Of a DNA stretch of 64,000 bases, positions 57,213 through 64,000 are shown piece by piece. Numbering within the stretch: position 1 is the first letter of the stretch; every line of letters starts with the position of its first letter. The position numbers and the translations under genes are program-made. The stretch comes from Blastocatellia bacterium (GTDB lineage Bacteria; Acidobacteriota; Blastocatellia; UBA7656), in assembly GCA_963765495.1 (NCBI GenBank), contig CAVXWP010000001.1:320001-384000 (forward strand), read 5' to 3'. The notes under the pieces were generated by a model. The model saw nothing but the letters and a program-made list of their open reading frames with translations, ran no database searches and was not told where the DNA came from.

Positions 57213-58561
57213 CCATAATTTTCGGCGGCGGCTAATGCCTCTTCAAGCGTTGTAAGCTTCCCGTCAAGTTGAAGCTCGTATACGTGGCGAAGTATTTCGC
57301 CTATGCGCGGACCGGGCTCGAAACCGGCTGCGATCAGATGTCGCCCTTTGAGCAAAGGCGCGGGCGCGTGATGCTCTACTCCCAGTTGTCGCGCCCTTTC
57401 GATAAACCAGTCTGCCGCTTCTACGCCTGATATAGAATCGCAACCAGCCGCGCAAGCCTTTGCCACACGATAGAGCAGGTCTAATTCGACCTTTATGGAC
57501 AGCCGCCGAAACGCTCCATCCGAGGCGCGCTCGCGGTCTTTGAAGAGGCGAACGGGTTTTTGATGCTCGCTCGTGAGCGCGAGGACTTGCGTCCGCACGT
57601 CGTAGCTGGAAATGGTTTGAATCCCAAGCGTGTCGAGCGTCGCCCGTGCCGCGTCGCCGAGCGCGTGGCAGAGCGTTGCAAGCATAACCGTGATGCGTTT
57701 CTCTTTTGGCAGATCGCGCGAAAGCATTGCGGCCTCATCCAAACTGAGCTTTGTGTGAGTGAATAAATCGCCCTCTGCGCCACATTCATTCGGTTGCGGG
57801 CGAGAAGTGAGCGCGCCAATCTCGGGAAAGAGTTTGTCGAGCACCCCCAGTTCGAGCGCCGCCTGAAACCCGATTGAAGGCTTACGGGCGAGCATCAGCA
57901 ATTTTTCTATCTCGCCCCAGATGCGTTCACGGGGCAAATCCGACAGATTTACCTCCCGGCACAACTCAATCGTCGCGGGATCAATAGTCATCTCAAAGCG
58001 GGCCGCAAGCTGTGCCCCGCGCAATACTCGCAAACTGTCTTCGACGAATGTGTCGGCGGCAACCACACGCAGCACCCGCCGGTTGAGGTCTTCGATCCCG
58101 TTGTAGGGGTCTACGTACTCAAGCGCAAGCGGATCAAAGAGGATGGCGTTAACTGTGAAGTCGCGCCGCCGCGCTGCCTCTTCAAAGCTCATCATCGGAT
58201 CGCCTTCGATGACAAAGCCCCGATGCCCCTGACCCGATTTCGACTCGCGGCGCGGGATGGATACGTCTATCTCAAAGCGATCTTCACTCTCGGATTTGAG
58301 ATTTGAGATTTGAGATTCAGGGCGTCGGTTCGGGCGATAAAAGGCCAGTTTGTAAACCGCGAAATGCTCGCCTACGGTGTTAACCTTGCCGAGTGATTCA
58401 AGCACATTTCGGAGGCGGGCAGGCTCGATTCGGTAGGCTTCTATGTCAAAGTCTTTCGACTCTATTCCGAGAAGATGATCGCGTACCCATCCGCCTACGA
58501 GCATCGCCCGCCCGCCTGCCTCGCGCACAGCTTCGCATATCTTCAACACCTGTGAATCCAT
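57200..58561 (-). CDS. cca: CCA-adding tRNA nucleotidyltransferase (class II)
   Basis: VGGWVRD, DFDIE, RRDFTVNA and EDSLRVLR motifs. Confidence 0.9.
   Translation of the reverse strand: MDSQVLKICEAVREAGGRAMLVGGWVRDHLLGIESKDFDIEAYRIEPARLRNVLESLGKVNTVGEHFAVYKLAFYRPNRRPESQISNLKSESEDRFEIDVSIPRRESKSGQGHRGFVIEGDPMMSFEEAARRRDFTVNAILFDPLALEYVDPYNGIEDLNRRVLRVVAADTFVEDSLRVLRGAQLAARFEMTIDPATIELCREVNLSDLPRERIWGEIEKLLMLARKPSIGFQAALELGVLDKLFPEIGALTSRPQPNECGAEGDLFTHTKLSLDEAAMLSRDLPKEKRITVMLATLCHALGDAARATLDTLGIQTISSYDVRTQVLALTSEHQKPVRLFKDRERASDGAFRRLSIKVELDLLYRVAKACAAGCDSISGVEAADWFIERARQLGVEHHAPAPLLKGRHLIAAGFEPGPRIGEILRHVYELQLDGKLTTLEEALAAAENYGRDA
58291..58320. repeat. In-frame 7-nt ATTTGAG repeat inside cca
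   Basis: cggatttgagatttgagatttgagattcag encodes PESQISNLKSE on the minus strand. Confidence 0.8.
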
Positions 58562-58615
58562 CGTGTCAAAGATAGCGCGCTCTCAGACGATGTGAAAAGG
58601 CGAAGTGCCGCCGAA

Positions 58616-59119
58616 TTATTTGGCGAACGAGCGAATATGAGCGACAAGCGCTTTGATTTCGGCTTCGCTCAATACAGACCCGTAAGGCGGCATGGTCGGG
58701 CTCTTGCCCTGTTTGATCGCCTGAATCATCTGAGCCTCGCTATTTTCTTTTTGCCATTGCGGGTCGGTGAAATTGGGCGCCTCCTTGGCTCTGCCTTTGC
58801 CGTCGGGGCCGTGACAGGTTACGCACCTTTGCACATTGTATATAGTTACGACATCAGCGCCAGTGAGAGTCTTCTCGCCATCATCCTTGCCTTGATCTTT
58901 CTGGGCGCCCCCCTCGGAGGAGGCTGCGGGGTCTGTTTCTGAACTCTTATTGGCATCAGTCTGAATGGAGGAATTGTCGCCCGTCGAGGTTGAATTAGTA
59001 TTAGCGGGCGGCACCGAAACGCTCTGACTCTCGTTCCGGTTTATCGTTTCGGGACTGCTGCAGGAGAGAAAAAAAAGACTCGATAGCATCAATACCAATA
59101 TCGTCTTGAGTGACTTCAT
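58616..59119 (-). CDS. Lipoprotein monoheme cytochrome c
   Basis: FLSC lipobox; S/T/N linker; CVTCHG; MPPY. Confidence 0.88.
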   Translation of the reverse strand: MKSLKTILVLMLSSLFFLSCSSPETINRNESQSVSVPPANTNSTSTGDNSSIQTDANKSSETDPAASSEGGAQKDQGKDDGEKTLTGADVVTIYNVQRCVTCHGPDGKGRAKEAPNFTDPQWQKENSEAQMIQAIKQGKSPTMPPYGSVLSEAEIKALVAHIRSFAK

Positions 59120-59164
59120 GCACGGTCTCCCTTCAATGGGCATGATCGGTGTAGATTGATTATT

Positions 59165-59193
59165 GGCCGGATTCCGAGATTTAGAATCCGGCC
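59165..59193 (-). terminator. Hairpin after glyQS
   Basis: ggccggattc-N9-gaatccggcc. Confidence 0.5.
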
Positions 59194-59203
59194 CCGGGTG
59201 TCA

Positions 59204-60601
59204 TTACAGGGCGATGGACAGGCCAAGTTTCTTCCCAATTATTGATTCGATCTCGATTACGGGTATGCGCTCTTGCTCCATCGTGTCGCGGTCTCGAACC
59301 GTGACCTGATTGTCTTCAAGCGACTGATGATCTACCGTCACGCACAGGGGCGTGCCGACTTCATCCTGACGGCGATAGAGCTTTCCAATCCCTGCCGTGT
59401 CGTCGTAAACCGCGCGCATAGCGCCCGTGCGCTGCAATCGGGCCTTGATCTCTTTGGCGAGCGAGACTATCCCCTCTTTGTTGCGCGCAAGCGGAAGCAC
59501 AGCCACTTTGATCGGGGCCAGATCGCGGTGGAGCTTCAGAACCACCCGCTTGTCGTCTCGCACGGCTTCTTCCTGATAAGCATCCATCAGAAAGGCGAGA
59601 AACGAGCGGCCTACGCCGGCCGAGGGCTCGATCACGTAGGGAAATACATGCTTGTTTGTCTGATGATCGAAGTAGGTGAGATCGGAGGTTGAATCAGGGT
59701 TGAGCCGGTTGCCTTCGGCGTCAACAGATTTTTTCGAGTGGGCTCTCAGATCAAAGTCCCTGCGATTGGCTATGCCTTCAAGCTCGTCCCACTGTTTCTC
59801 TTCATCTTCGCGGTCGGGGAAGAAGCGATATTGCAGGTCCACGGTTCGCTTTGCATAGTGGGCAAGCTCTTCGGGCGGCTGCTCGTAGCGTCGGAGGTTT
59901 TCGGCGCGAAGCCCGAGCGAGATATACCAGTTATATCGGTCTTCGATCCATCGCTCGTGCCACTGTTCGTCGTTCAGGTCGCCGGGTTGCAGGATGTCGG
60001 GCGGCTTGACGAAATATTCGATCTCCATCTGTTCGAACTCTCGCGTGCGAAAGACGAAATTGCCGGGCGTGATTTCGTTGCGAAACGCCTTGCCCGCCTG
60101 AGCTATTCCGAAGGGCAGCTTGCGATTAGTCGAATCCATGACGTTTTTGAAATTGACGAATATTCCCTGCGCCGTCTCCGGCCTCAGATAAGCGAGCCCC
60201 GACTCATCTTCGACCGGCCCAACCGTTGTACGAAACATCAGATTGAACTGGCGCGGCTCGGTCAGGTCAGTAGAGTTGCACACTGGGCATTTGTCGCCTA
60301 TCTTGTCGGCCCGCAACCGGGACTTGCACTTGCGGCAGTCGACGAGCGGGTCAGAAAATGTCTCTTCGTGACCTGAGTATTTCCACACAAGCCTGTTCAT
60401 AAGCAGCCCGGCGTCGAGCCCTACCATGTCGTCGCGCTCATAGACGACCGCGCGCCACCACGCGCGCATGATGTTGTTCTTCAATTCGACGCCGAGCGGG
60501 CCGTAATCCCAGACCGACCCGAGGCCGCCATAAATTTCGCTTGATTGAAAAGCGAAGCCGCGCCGCTTGGCCAGGCTCGCTATAGTCTCTATGTCTGCCA
60601 T
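59204..60601 (-). CDS. glyQS: Glycine--tRNA ligase, homodimeric type
   Basis: [33 protein letters not shown] and IEPSAG motifs; anticodon-binding domain. Confidence 0.96.
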   Translation of the reverse strand: MADIETIASLAKRRGFAFQSSEIYGGLGSVWDYGPLGVELKNNIMRAWWRAVVYERDDMVGLDAGLLMNRLVWKYSGHEETFSDPLVDCRKCKSRLRADKIGDKCPVCNSTDLTEPRQFNLMFRTTVGPVEDESGLAYLRPETAQGIFVNFKNVMDSTNRKLPFGIAQAGKAFRNEITPGNFVFRTREFEQMEIEYFVKPPDILQPGDLNDEQWHERWIEDRYNWYISLGLRAENLRRYEQPPEELAHYAKRTVDLQYRFFPDREDEEKQWDELEGIANRRDFDLRAHSKKSVDAEGNRLNPDSTSDLTYFDHQTNKHVFPYVIEPSAGVGRSFLAFLMDAYQEEAVRDDKRVVLKLHRDLAPIKVAVLPLARNKEGIVSLAKEIKARLQRTGAMRAVYDDTAGIGKLYRRQDEVGTPLCVTVDHQSLEDNQVTVRDRDTMEQERIPVIEIESIIGKKLGLSIAL

Positions 60602-60808
60602 TCTAGTTTCGTTCCTTACCCCCATGCCAAAGATTGCACTGAAAAGTATCTCTCGTTGAGATAGCAACTATACATCAGAGACGCGGCAAAGTCGAAATCG
60701 AGAGCCCGCGACTCGACGGCTTTTTGCTGTCCGGCTGAATCCGGCCGTCGATTTGGTTGAAGAAAAGTTTGATTACAGCCATATTACTTTTGAAGCGATC
60801 TGATAGTC

Positions 60809-61420
60809 ATGGACATAGTAAAAACCATCTGCCTCTCTTGCAAAGATACGCTCGAATTCCCGCGAGAATTCGATAACGTAATATGCGCCGGTTGCGGGGC
60901 CGCTTATCGCGTGCAGTCTTATCAGGGAGCAATAAACCTCACCCGAATCGAGCGAGAGCCAGGACAAATCAAGGCGACTGAGACGGGAGCAAACGGGGGC
61001 TCGGAGCTTAAAATCGTGGAGATGAGGCTTGCCGAACTCGATGAGTTGATAGCAAACGCAGCGCCGCAACTTGAAGAAGTAAAAGACAAAGAGCAGTCTG
61101 CGCCGCTTCAACTGGGCTGCGCCGTCTTTGGCATTTTCAGCATGGCCATACTGGTCCTGGCCTTTTACGCCACCGTCGCGCACAGTTATTTCGGCGGCTG
61201 GCTGTTTTACCTCACTATTGCGGCGGTCATAGCTCTGGGGCTGATCAGGTTGCGCGGCAAAATCATTGGCTCTGACGAGATCAGACAGCTTCGCGCTCAA
61301 CGCGCCCTTATGCAAGAGGCGCTCACTCAGCTTGAAACCGAACGCAGAGGCGTCGAGCAACTCAAAGAGAGGCTGGAATCAAATGCGCGGGATACGGCTT
61401 CGGATGATGACGACGGCTGA
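60809..61420 (+). CDS. Hypothetical zinc-ribbon / coiled-coil / 2-TM protein
   Basis: CLSC...CAGC; two hydrophobic helices flanked by coiled coils. Confidence 0.7.
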   Translation: MDIVKTICLSCKDTLEFPREFDNVICAGCGAAYRVQSYQGAINLTRIEREPGQIKATETGANGGSELKIVEMRLAELDELIANAAPQLEEVKDKEQSAPLQLGCAVFGIFSMAILVLAFYATVAHSYFGGWLFYLTIAAVIALGLIRLRGKIIGSDEIRQLRAQRALMQEALTQLETERRGVEQLKERLESNARDTASDDDDG

Positions 61421-61499
61421 GGGGAATCAAGCCCCTCAATCGCCCTCCTTTACCCCGTTTCAACCCCTGTAGCCTACCCTTTCAAAGCAGATCGCTTTG

Positions 61500-61528
61500 T
61501 TGACAGATCGCGCTTTTTTCACTATAAT
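61500..61528 (+). promoter_or_regulatory. Perfect-consensus sigma70 promoter
   Basis: TTGACA (61500-61505)-N17-TATAAT (61523-61528). Confidence 0.85.
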
Positions 61529-61574
61529 GTTTAATGTTACTTAATTATTAATAGAGCTTAAGAGGAGGGAGCTG

Positions 61575-62087
61575 ATGGCGAGACCGACAGAGAAAGAGGC
61601 GGAGGATGTTTTGAACGACTTCGCTGAAAAAATGTTCAAGTTGATGATGGATCATCATCAGTTGCAAATTTCTCGGTTGGACCTGACGATGCCGCAAGCC
61701 CAGGCTCTGAAGGTACTCAGGCAGGGGCCTGTATGCACAGGCGAACTCGCTATGGAGTTGAGCATCTCGGCTCCGGCCGTCAGCCAGTTGACCGACCGGC
61801 TGACGCGGAAACAGCTTATAGTGCGCCGCGCGCATAATAGCGACCGTCGCTCCGTCCTGGTCGCTCTGACCGAAAGAGGCCGCCGCGCAGTAGATCAGGT
61901 GCGCGCGCGCCGACACGAGATATTTTTAGGCGCGCTTGCTTACCTGACCGATGTGGACCGGGAAGAGGTCGTAAGCGCTTTAGGCAAAGTCGTAGCGGCG
62001 CTTGAGCATTTCGAGACCGAGACAGCCTCAAAGCCCGGTAAGGCATCAAACAGGATTAGCCATCCGAGACAGCGGAAACAGGCGTAA
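61575..62087 (+). CDS. MarR-family transcriptional regulator
   Basis: LTMPQAQAL...ELAMELSISAPAVSQLTDRL...DRRSVLVALTERG. Confidence 0.93.
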   Translation: MARPTEKEAEDVLNDFAEKMFKLMMDHHQLQISRLDLTMPQAQALKVLRQGPVCTGELAMELSISAPAVSQLTDRLTRKQLIVRRAHNSDRRSVLVALTERGRRAVDQVRARRHEIFLGALAYLTDVDREEVVSALGKVVAALEHFETETASKPGKASNRISHPRQRKQA

Positions 62088-62179
62088 GATTTTATCGTAA
62101 GTATTTAATAGCGAGAAAAAGAGAATAAGGGGATAAGCAGAAACAGAGCAAGGTAGAGTTTCAGGAGGTAGCAAAAACC

Positions 62180-62734
62180 ATGACTAAATTAATGAGCAAA
62201 ATAATTACACTCGTAGCGGCGCTGGCCATCACAGCTTCAATCGCGGTGGCCCGTCCGGCCTCGTCACAAGATCGGTCGGAGGATCTGTCGCTGACTCAGA
62301 AGAAAGTGCGCCACGAACTGGTAATGATTCCGCGTTACGGCGTGTTCGATAATCTGTCATTTGAAGTTGAAGGCGATACGGTGACGCTCTATGGACAGGT
62401 GGTAAACCCTTCGACTCGGAAGGAAGCCGAGAAGCGCGTCAAGAAGCTTGAGGGCATTGACCGTGTCGTAAATCGGATCGAGGTCTTGCCTCTATCGTCT
62501 TACGACAACACCATTCGCGCGCGCACTTATCGCGCGGTGTTTCGCTCCGGTGGTCTTTACCGCTATGCGATGGGCGCAAACCCGTCCATACACATCATCG
62601 TCAATCGCGGCCACGTGACGCTTGAAGGCGTAGTCTCGAACAAGGGCGACAAGCAACTGGCTTACTTCGCCGCCAATCAGGTGCCGGGCGTTTTTTCAGT
62701 TACCAACAACCTGCGCGTAGAACGCGACAGCTAA
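62180..62734 (+). CDS. Secreted double BON-domain protein
   Basis: TVTLYGQV...VVNRIEV and HVTLEGVV...VTNNLRV. Confidence 0.9.
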   Translation: MTKLMSKIITLVAALAITASIAVARPASSQDRSEDLSLTQKKVRHELVMIPRYGVFDNLSFEVEGDTVTLYGQVVNPSTRKEAEKRVKKLEGIDRVVNRIEVLPLSSYDNTIRARTYRAVFRSGGLYRYAMGANPSIHIIVNRGHVTLEGVVSNKGDKQLAYFAANQVPGVFSVTNNLRVERDS

Positions 62735-62866
62735 CATTTCGACCGGACGAGCCGTATGCGCTCGTCCGGTTTTATCATATAATTCTTATGTGGTTCATCT
62801 CTGATTTGTGATAGGCATCTTTGAGAGAATGGGCCAGTTTTTACACGAACATTGGAGGTAGCAAAG

Positions 62867-64000
62867 ATGGATGTGAAGTTATCCGGCGTCAGCAGCAAGC
62901 TGGCACGTGCCCGCACGCTTGTTGTTGCTCTAACGCTAATGGTGGGAATGGGCCTGGGTTTTTCAATGCATGATGTTGCTTTTGCGCAGCAAGGGCAGCA
63001 GCAAGGACAGCAGATGGCGACGCCCAGCGATCTGTCGCGCGTCTTTATCAACGTAGCCAAACAGGTCAAACCCGCAGTTGTAAACATAGACGTAGTCGAA
63101 AAACCAAAGCGATCCGCCTCGCGCGGGTTCGAGGGCCTGCCACAGATACCGGGATTCCCGCAGTTTGGAGATATGCAGCCCAGAGAGCAGAAAGGGACCG
63201 GCTCTGGCGTCATCATAAGCTCGGATGGTTACATACTGACAAACAATCACGTAGCCGGCGAAGCCGACGAGATCAAAGTCAAACTCGCCGATGGGCGGCA
63301 GTTCAAAGCCAAACGCATAGGCACGGACCCTGAAACCGATCTGGCAGTGGTCAAGATCGAAGCTACGAATCTGCCTTTTGCCAGACTCGGAAACTCGGAA
63401 AATCTGGAGCAGGGCGAATGGGTGATCGCGCTTGGAAGCCCCTTCGGACTTCAGCAGACGATGACGGCTGGCATAGTCTCGGCCACGGGCCGCGAGCTTA
63501 ATGAGGGCGGGCAGTTTACCCGGTTTATTCAGACCGACGCTTCGATCAATCCCGGAAATTCCGGTGGTCCGCTTGTGAATATGCAGGGCGAAGTAGTCGG
63601 CATCAACACGATGATCTACTCGCGCACGGGCGGCAGCGTAGGCATCGGTTTTGCCATACCGTCAAATCTCGTCAATAACGTTTACGCGCAGTTGATTAAA
63701 AACGGCAAGGTCACGCGTGCTTACCTCGGAGTCTTTCCGGGAGAAGTTACACCCGCGATTGCAAGGGCCGCAAGCTACAACGGCGATGACGGCGCGCTTG
63801 TAAACGACATCGTCAGAGAAGACTCTCCGGCGGCGAAGGCCGGTCTGCACAGCGGCGACATCATCACCGAAGTAGACGGCAAATCAATCAAAACGGCCAG
63901 AGACCTGGTTGAGATCGTGGCCAATCTACCTGTCGGCAAGGATGTACCGGTCAAGTATGTGCGCAATGGTCGCCTCCAGACTACGACGGTTAAACTCGCC
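62867..64000 (+). CDS. degP: DegP/HtrA serine protease (runs off window edge)
   Basis: Not in the ORF track. ATG 62867 after GGAGG; GTGSGVII, TNNHV, TDLAVV, QTDASINPGNSGGPL, then PDZ. Confidence 0.93.
   Translation, partial: MDVKLSGVSSKLARARTLVVALTLMVGMGLGFSMHDVAFAQQGQQQGQQMATPSDLSRVFINVAKQVKPAVVNIDVVEKPKRSASRGFEGLPQIPGFPQFGDMQPREQKGTGSGVIISSDGYILTNNHVAGEADEIKVKLADGRQFKAKRIGTDPETDLAVVKIEATNLPFARLGNSENLEQGEWVIALGSPFGLQQTMTAGIVSATGRELNEGGQFTRFIQTDASINPGNSGGPLVNMQGEVVGINTMIYSRTGGSVGIGFAIPSNLVNNVYAQLIKNGKVTRAYLGVFPGEVTPAIARAASYNGDDGALVNDIVREDSPAAKAGLHSGDIITEVDGKSIKTARDLVEIVANLPVGKDVPVKYVRNGRLQTTTVKLA

Overview
Gene-dense bacterial chromosomal segment. The gene content and style (wHTH-TolB-TPR regulator, KGD-type sucA fusion, homodimeric GlyRS) suggest Acidobacteriota, probably Blastocatellia-like; this is inference. 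Housekeeping genes include lysC, ribD-like, queD/queE, fabI, mlaEFD, ppdK, ispH, cphBA, rnc, lepB, kgd, cca, glyQS and a partial degP. I saw no rRNA, tRNA, CRISPR array, intact transposase or prophage. Standouts: (1) four tandem secreted cytochrome-c/PHM-type two-copper monooxygenase paralogues, one of which has lost its catalytic copper ligands; (2) about 20 small palindromic elements built from 7-, 8- and 9-nt tandem units, plus GTAG-REP and MITE-like elements. These sit at gene ends, supply stop codons, occur in frame inside genes, and in one family the core is flipped between copies; (3) a RibD with a dead deaminase domain, divergent from queDE; (4) several orphan or unusual fusion proteins. 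All calls come from motif reading by eye; no database searches were run.
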